63,725 bases of DNA, filler included, from Perkinsus chesapeaki ATCC PRA-425 (GCA_013115145.1; 9 parts of 9 records of this genome joined end to end with filler, not necessarily neighbours in it); one strand, 5' to 3'; positions 47,691 to 59,730 are shown, counted from the first letter of the whole stretch. Numbers and translations are program-made. Notes: generated by a model not told the origin, from the sequence alone.

Positions 47691-48304
47691 CTGTTCTAAT
47701 CTGAGAGTAATCCTAAGCTTTTCAACATATGAAACTGCCTAGCGGAGCGAAGCGATCGCTACATTTGTCCTAAGGCGGAGCGAAGCGATTCATGTTTCAC
47801 ATTTTGTTTTCTTCATCTCCAAAGCTTTTCTGCTGGCATTTAGTCATCAATCTAATAGTCCTTTGTCTCTCTATACTATATCGGTATGCAGTAGGGCCTC
47901 AGCCCTGACTGAGTGGGCTTACGTGAGCAGTAAACGGGTCGAAGGTCTTCGCCCGGGTGGCTAAGTGCCGAGCGGTCGACGGATACCAGAGTCATGTTCG
48001 TTGAAGAAGTTGTTTTAAATGACTACCAGTCGACGAAAGAAGCCCACTGGTCGGTATGGAGCTACTAATACGAGAAGTCGAATGAAGGCGGCTGCTATGG
48101 AGGCGACAGGAGATAGCAGCCCTACTACAGCGTCGGAAAGGGTAAGGAGGGACGGGCAACGTCGCTTATTGGACTGAGCTTTGGTACAGCTATCAGAGCT
48201 CTTTCTTGGTCTTAAATGCTTTATACAGTTCAAGAAGAGTACACTATCAGTATCTCAGTTCTATATAGAGGTTAATACTATATCTGAGGTTAGGGCAGGA
48301 TGCC

Positions 48305-49354
48305 TTGTGGTGTACCGTTACTGCTCAAGGGCAGTTGAGTAATATAAAAAATGATGGTACTAGTAGCTTTTATTGGCCCTTATATATTATATGGAATAGC
48401 GTTCAATATGTTGACTGTTCTCAGAGGGAGGCCCCCAGTGTCGATGCCCTCTTCCATATGGTGGCCAACAGTAACCCTAACCGAACAGATGCCTCCCTCT
48501 ACGGTATAGTAGCTAAGGGGGCCACCGACAGTGTCAAGTCCCCGCCGCCGTCTATCGACATTGAGGCTCCTGGGCGCTCCGAGGACAGGCCTAGCGCGGC
48601 ATCAGTGACGGACAGTCGAACCGATACCGCGCCTACCGTAGCTGAAAAAAGGAAGCGGGGTAGACCGCGGAAGGAGGGGATTGGCGGGCCAATCGAGCCA
48701 GCTGCCAAGCGGCCGAAGGCGGTCGTGGACAGGTCTGTCCATGAGATTAGAATTACGTTATCATCACTGCGGTTGCTACTCGCTGAGTACTCTAGGCGGC
48801 TTCGGTCTGGTCAGCCGGTGGACTTTGAAGAACTTCGGACGGCAATTGGGGAGAGGATGGAGCCCTGGGACCTGTCCGCGATCGATCTTGAATATATCGT
48901 CACTGAATTCACTGCTATTAAATATAGGCCTAGCCTGGGGCTGGTACTCATGGAACGCCCTGGTGCATTTCAACCTTCTAATAGGGCAGTCAATCGAGCT
49001 GGGATATCCGAGGTTGGAGCGAGGCTTAAGGAACTATGGAAGGAGCACAGGACGAACACCCCCCTGACCGGAGAGAATGTGGCTGCTGATCGCATAAGGG
49101 CAAACGGGGCGGTCCGATGGCTTCGTGGATGCACTACGGCAAGCACTTTGAGCTCTACAGCTTGGGACTTCTGGGCATCGTCGACGGCGGTGGCACCGTC
49201 ACCGATCAGACCCAGCGGCATCACGAGACTGGCGTCCCTGAGCGCGGCTGTGATGGGCGATCTTAGTCCATATGGTTCGGAAGGCGGGCAGAGGTTCTCG
49301 ACAGGGATGGTGTCTCCGGTGGTTGGTGGTGGGATATTCGAGCCGATATTCTGA
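48305..49354 (+). CDS. Hypothetical nuclear protein with AT-hook
   Basis: Long ORF containing KRKRGRPRK and PAAKRPK, followed by a helical region. Confidence 0.5.
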   Translation: MWCTVTAQGQLSNIKNDGTSSFYWPLYIIWNSVQYVDCSQREAPSVDALFHMVANSNPNRTDASLYGIVAKGATDSVKSPPPSIDIEAPGRSEDRPSAASVTDSRTDTAPTVAEKRKRGRPRKEGIGGPIEPAAKRPKAVVDRSVHEIRITLSSLRLLLAEYSRRLRSGQPVDFEELRTAIGERMEPWDLSAIDLEYIVTEFTAIKYRPSLGLVLMERPGAFQPSNRAVNRAGISEVGARLKELWKEHRTNTPLTGENVAADRIRANGAVRWLRGCTTASTLSSTAWDFWASSTAVAPSPIRPSGITRLASLSAAVMGDLSPYGSEGGQRFSTGMVSPVVGGGIFEPIF

Positions 49355-49474
49355 GGCTTCATTGAGTTGACTTGGTCATTGCAGCCGACTCGTATACTAG
49401 ATTTAATTAGTAACCCTTCTAAGGGGCATGTTGCAGCACTCCTCCTTATTGGCAATACCATTACACTGCTGACA

Positions 49475-52400
49475 ATGGAGCAGCTTATGTCGCTTGGTTG
49501 TCGTTGTGTTGAGCTAGTTGTTGATAACGTGGTGCAGATTGATTATTATAATGATCCCCTACCTGCCCTTCGTATCTAGCATTGGGGCTTCTACCAAGAT
49601 ATCCCTCTGTCTCTTCGGCTCAGTGGTGCTGCTCGTCATGTTCGTAAGGCAGATCCTTAAGCGTAAGGAGATCAGAGTTAGTAAGCCCTCAGCACGGCGG
49701 TGGCATTCCGATCCCGTCCTGGTTAGATACGGACAAATGGGTCCAGGTGTCGCCGGCGACGGCCAAGAGCAGACCGGTCCGGGTGGCCGTCATCGGCTCT
49801 GGAGTCAGTGCAGCTGCTACTTGGTCAGCGCTTCGCTCCGTCGGATTTTGTCGTCGTATTTTACTATTTTGTCAGTCACTACACTCGCTCCCTGTTCGCC
49901 GATGATAAGGAAGTGTCCCTCACCGTGTTCGAGATGGGCGCTGGCAGCGCCGGACCGATCGTGGACTTTGATGGAAAAAAGTAAGGTGCCGGGATCGAAC
50001 TTGAGACCTATTGTACATCGGGTTTCCGGTTTCCATCGTTCTCCATACCCCAGTGGATAACGTTTTTCATTGGGGCAGGGAGAGCCGATCGACTTTGTAA
50101 AAAATGGTTCCACTTGAAATGATTTTCCGAATCGATTGTTCGAGCCCATCCCATATTGCCCTGCGCAACACTGTCCTGGTAGTGGAGCAAAGGAACTTGA
50201 GAGTGAGCTCATCGACGTCATTAGAAAACTTCGGCTGTCTGCTTTGAGGTGAGGTTAGGTACGAAGCCGGTCACTCGATCATCGCTGACTACAACCAGAC
50301 GATCAAGCGATTGTGCCTCAAGTTGGGCGTAACCCTCCGATCTCTGCTGCCCGGCAATCCTAGTAAGCCGCGGCCGGATACGATTGTGTGCAGCTGTCCC
50401 CTTCTCCCAGGCATTATGCTCCACAACGGTTCGTATCCCTCATTCCAGTCTATGGGCAGGGCTCTGTGGGATATGTTATCATCAGCGTGGCGCTATGGTA
50501 TCCAGAGCCCCATTGAAATGAGACAAACGACAACCGGATGTAGGAAGCAGTTGCTGAGCTAGGTTGGCCATTGCATCTGTACAGGTGTACTTTCCTTCTC
50601 TAATATTTACCTCCTACAGCAGCACGGATATGTCTATGATGAGCCAATGGAGCTGCTGAAGGGCATGGCTGCTGATGGAGATGACTTCACCAGCATTATC
50701 GATAAGGAGGTAAGTGTTGGTAGGGTGATTTAGCCCCAGCAGTTGGACAGTGTTGCTAGTGTTTGCCGTAGCCTATTACGGACTGAATGAAGTCGATGGG
50801 ATCGATATGACTAATACTACAACTCCGCTGTGGCACTGCTGCGGCGGCAGCTGGGTACTGGATTTCGCATTACCGTAGCAAGCCAGTGGCGTTTACATAT
50901 TATCTGCACCCATCGAAGTCGGCGAATTTTTCTCTGGTGCTCGACTAGCAAGACTTGGCGAGGAGCGGGTTTTGTTCATCACAGAAAATTGTCCATCATC
51001 ATACGGGAGGAGACCCGCTCGAATGACTGGAGTCCAGAATGGGGATGTGCAGCTCGTGACATGATTGATAATATCTTTGAAATTACCTGTATCATTTTGT
51101 CTGAGCTGTTCGCTTTCTGTGATACGAGCTCACCTTGCCATCTTTGTCGAACTACGAATTCTGTGCAAGGAACCCAGACCGGCTCGCCGAGCCGGGCTCG
51201 GACATCTGGATGTTGATGACGATTCTAGGACGCAATTGGATCAGAAGCTTTCCTCCACCCAAGAGAAGGCAGATTTACCGCCTCCAAGGATTGTTTCGTT
51301 ACCGAGCTTATCCCCCCGTAGATTAACCGGTATTAGAATACTGGCGATCGGGATGTCCCAACACCCACTACTGTTGAGCACGCGCTCTCCTTCGATTATT
51401 GTATTTCTCTTTACTATTATCAGGCCAGAAGTTACCTTATCAACGATCGTTGCATCAAAGCCCCTCTGGTAGATGACATCTGCACTGCTAGTAATAGCAT
51501 TACCCTCGCAGCGTCACGGCGTCACAATTGGTTACGCAGGTCTTCGCTATCTTTATGGTTTGGACTGCAAGTCTGTTAATGGTCTATGTGCCAATATCGC
51601 CATGGCCGATATCGAATACAAGAATCTGTTCACACCTGTCGGGGGTGCAGAAGCGGTAGGGATTCTCAGTGGTTAAAGTTCGCAAATTGCGGAGCTAGTT
51701 GCGGAGGGCATACTCTCACTCTACTAACCCTCTGTGCGTGCGTGCGAATAAATCACCCAGCTCGATGATCTAGAGGGGTTATGATCACAACCTTTGCACC
51801 AATCGATAGCTCTTACTCTGGGGATACTAGGAAGAATACGGAAAGTGGGTTCTGATCATATCTTGAAGGTTAGCGGGATAAAAAATACTTTTCTGCAGAA
51901 AAATGACAGGCCTTGGGATCGAACTTGAGAGCATCTAACAGAATCTACTGATGATTCGCCGAGCTCCGTCCCTTTTCAAGAAAGCCTAGTATTAATTGGT
52001 TGTTAAGTAGTTATAAAGTAATGTAATTATATAGAAGTTCCAGTAGTAGTAAATATTAATACAGTAGTAGTTAATATTAGTACAGTAGTAGTAAATATTA
52101 ATACTCGGGCACCAGCTTACATCGATTCTTCAGGTCACCGGAGCGCTGTTGGATGACAGTGGAGCTAAAACAGTTAGCGGTCGAAGGATCACTGCTATCT
52201 CTCGAACCGAGGAAGGCGGGTTCATGCTCAATGGAGATGATGAAGCCAATGAGTTCGATGCCGTTGTCATAGCGATGCCTGTGGAGAAAGCGGAGAAAAT
52301 CGCTCTGAAGGGTGGGGCGGAGATTAATTTTTCTTGTCTTTATTTTGGATGGTCAGATTCCGACGGTAAGAGTAGCAGCCTGTTTGATACGTCCAGCTGC

Positions 52401-53474
52401 AACTGCGAGACTAAGACGATTTACCAGCATTTCGTGCAGGGGACAGTCAGTCCGTCTATAACGAAGGTGTAAGTTGAGGCTCTATAGCGCGTTCATTATG
52501 GGAGATCCCGGGTTCGATTCCCGGCCCTGGCTTTTATTTCCTGGAACTATATGTTCTTGTTCAGGGCTGGCCGTGTACCAGTACTTGTGTCGACCACTCA
52601 GACGGCTGCGGACAACAACCTTCCCTGGACCTCTATTGAAGCTGCAGTAGGGAGCTTTGGGGCTAGCTGTTGTTATGTTGGTAGTAGGTCCCTGTTGGTG
52701 CCACTGAGAGGGATGCTGAGACGTTACTGGCCGAGGCGAGCTGTGGGAAGGTGTCTAACTGGAAGGTTACTGCACAGGAGAAGTTGGGCAAAGATGAACT
52801 GCAGAAGCTTGTTATGAGGTAAGACGCTGATGATAGCACATAAGCATCGACGTTACGAAGGCATAGTCCTAGGAATAATGGGCAGGAAGCCTATAAGGAT
52901 GTAGGCAATAATACGTATTATTGTATACTTATCGCCTTGTACTATAAGGAAGAGCTAAGTGTGGTTCGATACATTACTGCATATAATAACGTAAACCAGA
53001 AATCGCATCAGAGCTCATTGGGCTATGTAAATATAAATTGATTGTACTAAGTGAGCTGTTTTAAATGAAAGCTTAGCAACTAGTCTACCGTACTTCATAA
53101 GCAATGTGGATTAGCCGAGCCAAATGCAAACGACTATTGCCCACGGTTTTCTGACACCTCTAGCTATCCTTATTCCCATCAGTCTCCCTGGTTCCCCTGA
53201 TCCCGTCATTGTCGACACTCATTGTCCAACCTTCCCCGTTAACGATAAGCTGCCTCCCTTCAAGCTATCAGATGGTATATTCAGTACAGCTGCCATGGGC
53301 AGGACCGCTGCCGATATGGAAATGGAGTGCATTGGAGCTAAGAACTCGGCATTGTTGGTCCGCAAGTACCTAAAGGCGAGGGGCCTTATTGAGGCGGAAG
53401 ACATTCCAGCAGCTCCCGTTGAAGAGAAGGAGGAGGAGGAGGAGGAGGAGGAGCCAGTGAAGCCGCTGGAGTAG
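49475..53474 (+). CDS. PCYOX1: Prenylcysteine oxidase-like FAD oxidoreductase, multi-exon; start approximate
   Basis: VRVAVIGSGVSAAAT (FAD motif), VFEMG, DGKK|YEAGHSIIADYNQTIKRLCLKLG (cf. YEAGGSVIHPLN), LRYLYG..LFTPVGG, FDAVVIAMP, AADMEMECIGAKNSALLV (cf. SAMEMSAIAAHNAALL); poly-E tail. Confidence 0.8.
49987..50008 (-). repeat. tRNA-derived B-box-like relic in a PCYOX intron
   Basis: Minus strand GGTCTCAAGTTCGATCCCGGCA then a T tract; lies in intron 49981-50257; shares 16 identical nt with the copy at 51909. Confidence 0.5.
51909..51932 (-). repeat. tRNA-derived B-box-like relic in a PCYOX intron
   Basis: Minus strand CTCTCAAGTTCGATCCCAAGGCC followed by T-rich sequence. Confidence 0.5.
52041..52104. 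repeat. 21-bp tandem repeat x3 (intronic)
   Basis: cagtagtagtaaatattaata, three copies, the middle one with two substitutions. Confidence 0.9.
52478..52538 (+). repeat. Internally deleted tRNA-like relic in a PCYOX intron
   Basis: GGCTCTATAGCGCG...GGAGATCCCGGGTTCGATTCCCGGCC then TTTT; perfect T-arm (CCGGG/CCCGG) but no anticodon arm. Confidence 0.6.
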
Positions 53475-53658
53475 CTGTTTATACTGTTTAGCATCATCAT
53501 TAAATCACTGCTATTGTAAACCTCTTACTGTTCTATAGAATCCTTTATCAGCTGACAAGAAGTTTCTAACACACGAATGGTTTTGGGCAGGGGCGCGGTG
53601 TTGGTTAATTTTGTGGCGAGTGACGACGATTGATGGGAAGGATTGTTTGTAATATTGC

Positions 53659-56544
53659 ATGGTGACGACCCGCTCTGCTTGGGCCGCACGACGACTGTTA
53701 ATGTCTGGTAGGCTATTTTTGTGGCGCGCGAGAAATGCCTGTATGGTTTTACAATCAGATCCTCTAGGGGACCCTCCCCGAATCGCCTCTCCGCATTTGC
53801 CGGTGCCTCGAGTGATGGACTCGTCGCCGTCCAGCACGTGTTCGGCGAAACGGAAGAGTCCCGATAGTGAAGGTCTGTGGGAGACTAGGGGCTGCTAGGA
53901 TGCTCGAGCTCAGATGAAAGTGCAATGCCAGCCAGGCGTTCGGCTCGACTATGTAGCTTTGAAAATAGCGAATCCAACAGTAGCAGCCCAGGGGAGGTCT
54001 TGGAGAGGGCGACATGCCTGTCCCAAGGTGGTCTGCTGATGACCGGCTGGTGGTCAATGGATGATTGTTGTAGATAGCAGCGCGACTGCGGCGAGCGCAC
54101 CGCCGCCTCAATACGCTTTGGGGCCGCCATTGCTCCCCATCACAGAGAAGGGGGACTTCACACCACGCCCTGGTGAGATGCTTGTTACGTCTGTCTCTTT
54201 TGTATTTCTAACGAGTTTTCATTTGGCACCCGAAATAGCCGTCATTGGCGACAAAAGGAAGTCTCTCGTGGGGCACTCGATGACGTTGGTTGTTGTTTTT
54301 CAACACGCTTTCAATCGAACTGCGCTACGAATTGATCTAAGGAGGCCACCACAGTGTCGGGATCGCCTTCTGTCTTAGGATTCGTCGGGCTTGTCAACCT
54401 CGGAAGCACCTGCTACATGAACGCAGTCATCCAATGCCTACATGCCATATTGCCTCTAGTGACATACCTTCTGGGAGGGTGAGGGCGTTGAGGAAATGCA
54501 AGATTGCAAGATTTACCTTTGTCGTATCAGGGAGCACGAGTTGAATGAAACTAATCCTCTGGGAACCGGTGGGGACATATTCCAAAGGTGCGATCAGCTT
54601 GCTTTGGGGAAGGCGGTATCTCGCATTTCAGCTTCGCAAGATTGCTCTCGAGCATGCGGTTAGCGTCCAGCTTGGAGGCCATTGTGCCGAGGGAATTTAA
54701 AAAAGCGATAGACAATCACATGGTGGCGTTCAAGTGGGATACTTGCTTTTGGAGAGCTCGAATCGGTTTGCAGGGGCACCGGTATCCAGCATGATGCTGC
54801 TGAGTTCGCCACGGCACTGTTGGACAAGTATGCGAGGACGGTGGTGTCGTGCAGAAAAGGCGGGTGTCAGGCTCCACGAGGATCTCAATCGGGCAGCGAT
54901 GTCGAGTGGCGAGCCACCAGAGACGCCGGAGTGTACCATAGAGATGAGTGAAGAAAAAGGGATTGACAGGATCGCCGCAGAGTTCTGGAAGTAGCCGGGA
55001 GTTGAGCCATGGGGCGGTATGGATTCTGGTAGAGCCCAGCTGGCCAAGAACCAGTCTATAATTGTTGACCTCTTCCAGGGACAGATGCGCTCGGTCTTTA
55101 AATGCAGTTCCTGTGGGCATTCCAGGTGGGGAGGTCTCCTGGTTGGGTTGTCAAGCTCCTCCGCTCAGAGTGGTGTTTGAAGCATTCAATTCCCTTATCT
55201 TACCAGTAGAGGACTTCCGCGGGAAGCCGTTGACTGACATTTACGATTGTCTTCGAGAGTTTGCCCGTCCTTCGGATCTGTCGGGGGACAACGGTTGGTA
55301 GGCAAGGCTAGCCTGCAAGGAATGCCTGGACCGGCAGCCGGCAGGTACTGCGCGAAATGCAGCTCCTTATCGGACTCGACCTGCAACACAACACTGTGGA
55401 AGCTGCCGGGCATTCTAATGGTGCAGCTAAGACGATTTAAACAACTTAGTCCGACACGGTGGAGCAAAAGCAGCCATCATGTAGGCGGTCAGTCGGTGGC
55501 TTTGCATAGCATAAGACGGGCGTCTGGAGTATAATAGAAGGAACACCGAGGAATCTTCAGCGAGGATACCATCAGAAAGCGCTTCCTGGGATTTTTGACA
55601 AGATGATGCCCCATAACACCGTTACAGTTCCTCCCAACATTAAACAGTTCACTAATGCTAATAACTTCGCGGGCGTCACCCTGAGACTCTTCGTACTTAC
55701 GGCCAATGCCTATTCCACGTACTTGTCTAGGAAAAATGTACACTTCTTATACTGCTCGGGGGTCCGCTAGAATTGCCATCGGCACAATAGTGGTTCAGCT
55801 TAAGTATCCGGGACCAGCCTTGTTGCATAAAATCCTCGGCGTTACAGGTGCATTACCCCACCAAGGAGCCTTTGAATCTGGAGAAGTTCGTATCTAGGTC
55901 CCACCAACGGGACGCACCAACCTATAGATTGCTTGGAGTTCTCCGCCACAAAGGCCTCATGTCGTAAGTCTTACCATAGCTGTATGACTTGGAATCTTCT
56001 ACACGGTAGAGGAGGACACTACACCGCTTTTGTGAATCACGACAAGACACTGTGGGACCTGAAGGGCCATGAAAAGCCGATCGATCTATCGCTGCAGACA
56101 CCCCGGCGGGCTCCATTTCACATGGGTAAGATATCCCCTATTGACAGGCCTTGTATGGGCGGTTTAGGGCATCATATGGACCCGGAGAGCCCAATGTCCA
56201 GGGTAGTGCTTGGGTTGGTACCGTGTTCCCCTAATGGTAAACAGCTTGCTATGTTGACCATGGTGATGTTGTGTGCACTGTAGGGTGGTGGTTCTTCGAC
56301 GATTCTACTGTTCATCCTCTACGGAAAGAGGCCCTCGTCGATTCCCGAGGTAAGTCAAACGCTCTGATGGGTTACACTGAATGCGCTAGATGCCTACATA
56401 CTATTTTTCGTTCGATCGGGGACACCAGTAGACCACAAGATGATCCCATCTCAGCGACATAACAAACCGACGGATTGGCCTCATGCTTTTGATAATGTTG
56501 CGTCACCGTCGTCATCGTTGTCATCGCCAGAGGAAGGGCTATGA
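53659..56544 (+). CDS. Ubiquitin-specific protease (peptidase C19), multi-exon
   Basis: Cys box GLVNLGSTCYMNAVIQCL; QHDAAEF; SIIVDLFQGQMRSVFKCSSC; YCAKC..LWKLPGILMVQLRRF; His box GGHYTAFV; WWFFDDSTV. Confidence 0.92.
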
Positions 56545-57798
56545 TGGGCAGTTCTGTTTAACCTTGCCGACTAGCAGCTACTGTTGTCGATTGGCTTTCT
56601 CATTCTGCTGTATTCTTTATTAAAGCAATCACCAGGTTGATTCATTTACTCAGTACCAGTGTTGCGTGGTATAGTCACATAAAGTTGGGAGAAGAGCGGT
56701 ATGAAAAGGTTCAGGGAACGAAACACAAAAAATCTCCGCAGTGCGCAAGGGAAGGATGAACAACCGCAAGACGAGCGAGAGAACAGCGCGCTGCAACATC
56801 CGATATCTGATGCGATTTTGATATAGCGGTGGCCGGAGGAGCATCTTGCTAAGCTTCTATGTGACCACCTACAACTGTTCTTGGTTCTTCGGTATGTGAT
56901 GCCTCATTAGTGAACTTTGGGCCATTTATATACGTACTATGACGCCAGCTATGGGGCCCTCTCAGACTGCCGAAGATGATGGGTTAAGAGATGCCTTAAG
57001 CAATACTGGTGAGTATCTATCGTCCACGTGTGTAAGATACCATTTAGCTCCGTTCGCTTTAACTTTCAATTTGCCCTATTTATTTTCGCTCAGGCGTGGA
57101 TGAAGAACTAGAAAACCAATTAGCCAGTAAGGGATCGAACGCTTCCTACTCTACGGCCTCAAAATCTCGTTGATTTCAGGAAGTTGTGATGAAGCTCATG
57201 GGCCAGCTCCATATGGAGTTCCGCGTGAACTTAAGAAGACATTAGTTTCCGAGAGTGAGCCATCTACCGCTGCTTGCATGGTCATTAATATTGCTCATCC
57301 TTTCAGTAATGATTGTAGACGAAGATAGCTTTAATATGAAAAGTAGGTCCAACTGAGAAGCGCTGTGATGTGGAAATCAGATTTTATTGGTAGCACGAAA
57401 GGCCCTCTTGGGTACCATCTGAACTCCGCTGACACCCGCTTACCTAACGAGAGTGATGCCCTAATCAGTGAGGGTAGATCCTAGGCCCGTCGCACTGGTA
57501 CGGTAATCTGCTGCTCAGATTCTCTGCTGGATGGAAATGCTATGAGATCACACGCTTCTATGTCATCTACAGCATTCTACTCTACTGAAGACGCTGGCCT
57601 AATAGGAGGTACGAAACTGTTGATTCGGCCACTTTAAATTAAGCTGATCCTCAGGTACGCAGTTCTCCTTGACGTCAGAGCAGCTCGGGCTTGGACAAGT
57701 GAATCCAGGTGAACAGCCCAGAAGTTGCGGTGTAGTTGAGCCTCTCAGGTCTCGCACATGCTCCTAATATATCGGATATGATATCACAGAGGTCCGCG

Positions 57799-58343
57799 AT
57801 GAGCGACAGGGGTAGGCTGATGGCTCCATCGTTATCGAATGGTCTGCCTTCAGCTAATGAGAAGACGAACAGGAAGACGAAAGCAGCAAGTAGAAAGAGT
57901 GAGAGTGGAAGTAAGTTATTCCCGTTGGAATGGTTTTATTAGCTCCGTTACGATCTTCTATATGTGCATTTGGCTTACTTGTCCGAGGCTGTTTATCTGA
58001 AGTTTATTTAGTGCTTTGTGCTTCCTCATACGCTCTTATCCACGTTGGTCGTCTGCGTTCCCGGCCTTCCGTTTGCAGCATTTTATCGCCAGCTGCTCTC
58101 ACTTCGCCTCCGTCCCCGCGCCGATTTCGGCAAGTATTTCCGTGCACATTTAGGCCCCGAGAGTACTGCTACCCCTTCCAATAGGAAACCGAAAGGAAGG
58201 AACAGGAAAAGTGAGTCTGTTTGAGATCTGTGTGGATACCTAGTGGTCTTTTCCCTCAGGTTCGGCTGGTGCCAGCTCCGCCAAGTCGACCGGAAAGCAA
58301 TCGAAAGGGCGCAAGAGGAAGGTCAGCGGAGACGAGGATCACG
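57799..58343 (+). CDS. K/R-rich upstream exons predicted to splice into the Rep ORF
   Basis: Three exons (about 57799-57898, 58079-58210, 58260-58343), all with phase-1 GTGAG donors and pyrimidine-rich acceptors, mutually in frame and in frame with the acceptor at 58600-58601 in the Rep ORF. Confidence 0.5.
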
Positions 58344-58519
58344 GTGAGAGCGACTGTGTTACATAGGAGGCGTTCTCGCTTGGAAAATCCCTGCTGTTTT
58401 TCAACGAGGAATCCCCATTGGTGTCTTTATATAGTTTTAACGAAAGAATAACTGATGATCGCTTCGACTTTACTCTCATGAACCTCTTATACCACAGCCG
58501 TTAGTGCTTCGGTTTTCGT

Positions 58520-59522
58520 GTGGGGAGCGTTCTTATACGCAATAATGTAGAATCTATGTTTATGGTTATCTATGAGGAACGACTAAGCGTGAGTGTTTCA
58601 GAAAAACCGGACACTATCGAAATCAAGGACGCATCCTTGGAAGAACTGAAGCGCAAACAGTCACGGTCATTCCTATTTACATGGTCGCACACTGAGGACC
58701 CTGACAAGGCCAAACCGTGTGACATGGAGAAACCAGAGATCAAAAAGATTATAGAGCAAGTCATGGGAAAAGACTTACTCTACTTTTCCATCTTCTTTGA
58801 GAATCACAAAGACGGAAATCGCCATGCCCACTTTGTCTTGAAATATGCCAAACCGAAGCGCTGGAAGCTCATGGCTGACCAGCTTCGACGGGAATATAGA
58901 ATGTTTTGTTCGGTGAGCGTTGCTGAAGACAAGTCCGGGGCTAAGTCCTGCATGTATCCGGTGTTATTTGGGTACTGCTATAATACCAACCCGGAGAAGT
59001 CCCTGTTCGATGTTGACCTCGAACCTTATCTCTCACCTGACCATCCTGCCCCCACCACAATCGGCCTTGAAAAGCCTCGGGTGATCTCTCAAGCGAAGCG
59101 CGTCCGTGCCATGAGCAATAGCGCGGTTCAAGCGTTCGTGATTAAGGCTAACATTAAGACCGAGAAGGAGCTCTACGCGTACGCCAACCGTGATCCCGCT
59201 TTAATGGAGTTTGTGTCGAAGCAAGGCGACTTTCAAGGAGTGGTCGATAAAGCATGGGAGATACATAGAGCCCCAATGGAGCTGATAGAGGATAGGAAAA
59301 CTCCACTGGAGAAGGTTAAGGACTGCCTATCAGCTGAATGCAGCTGTAGCTATTTTGGGATGTGGGCTGAGAAGGTTTCTGTTGTGGTGGAGAGGAACCT
59401 AAGAGAAGAGGGAGCACAGCAGTTTAAGGATGACATTATCAGGAATTTGCAAGTTGGTAGATCGAAGCAGACCAACATTCTGGTATATGGGAGGGCTTCT
59501 AGTGGTAAGAGCGCGATATTCA
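58520..59522 (+). mobile_element. rep: HUH endonuclease plus SF3 helicase Rep (CRESS/parvo-like endogenous element), 3' truncated by gap
   Basis: Motif I SFLFTWS; motif II ENHKDGNRHAHFVL; candidate motif III GYCYNTNPEK; Walker A in SF3 context GRSKQTNILVYGRASSGKSAIF. Confidence 0.85.
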
Positions 59523-59622
59523 NNNNNNNNNNNNNNNNNNNNNNNNNNNNNNNNNNNNNNNNNNNNTTAATTAATTAANNNNNNNNNNNNNNNNNNNNNN
59601 NNNNNNNNNNNNNNNNNNNNNN
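59523..59622. other. Artificial contig spacer 7
   Basis: 100 nt of N containing TTAATTAATTAA. Confidence 0.97.
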
Positions 59623-59730
59623 AATACTTTCGCCTATTAACTATCCCTATCTTATTGTTAAATACAATACTTTCGCCTATTAACTATCCCTATCTTATTG
59701 TTAAATACAATACTTTCGCCTATTAACTAT
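59623..59730. repeat. 43-bp tandem repeat x2.5
   Basis: aatactttcgcctattaactatccctatcttattgttaaatac starting at 59623, 59666, 59709. Confidence 0.92.

Noticed and set aside
52478-52538. Functional tRNA gene
   Set aside because: No anticodon arm and no acceptor-stem pairing; kept only as a tRNA-derived relic.
49700-52820. Renalase-like oxidoreductase as a separate gene
   Set aside because: YEAG, LRYLYG and MEMxxIxAKN motifs fit one prenylcysteine oxidase gene better.
58350-58520. CRESS nonanucleotide stem-loop origin upstream of Rep
   Set aside because: No NANTATTAC-type motif in a hairpin was found.
59623-59730. 43-bp repeats as iterons of the adjacent Rep
   Set aside because: Separated from Rep by an artificial spacer, so physical linkage is unsupported.
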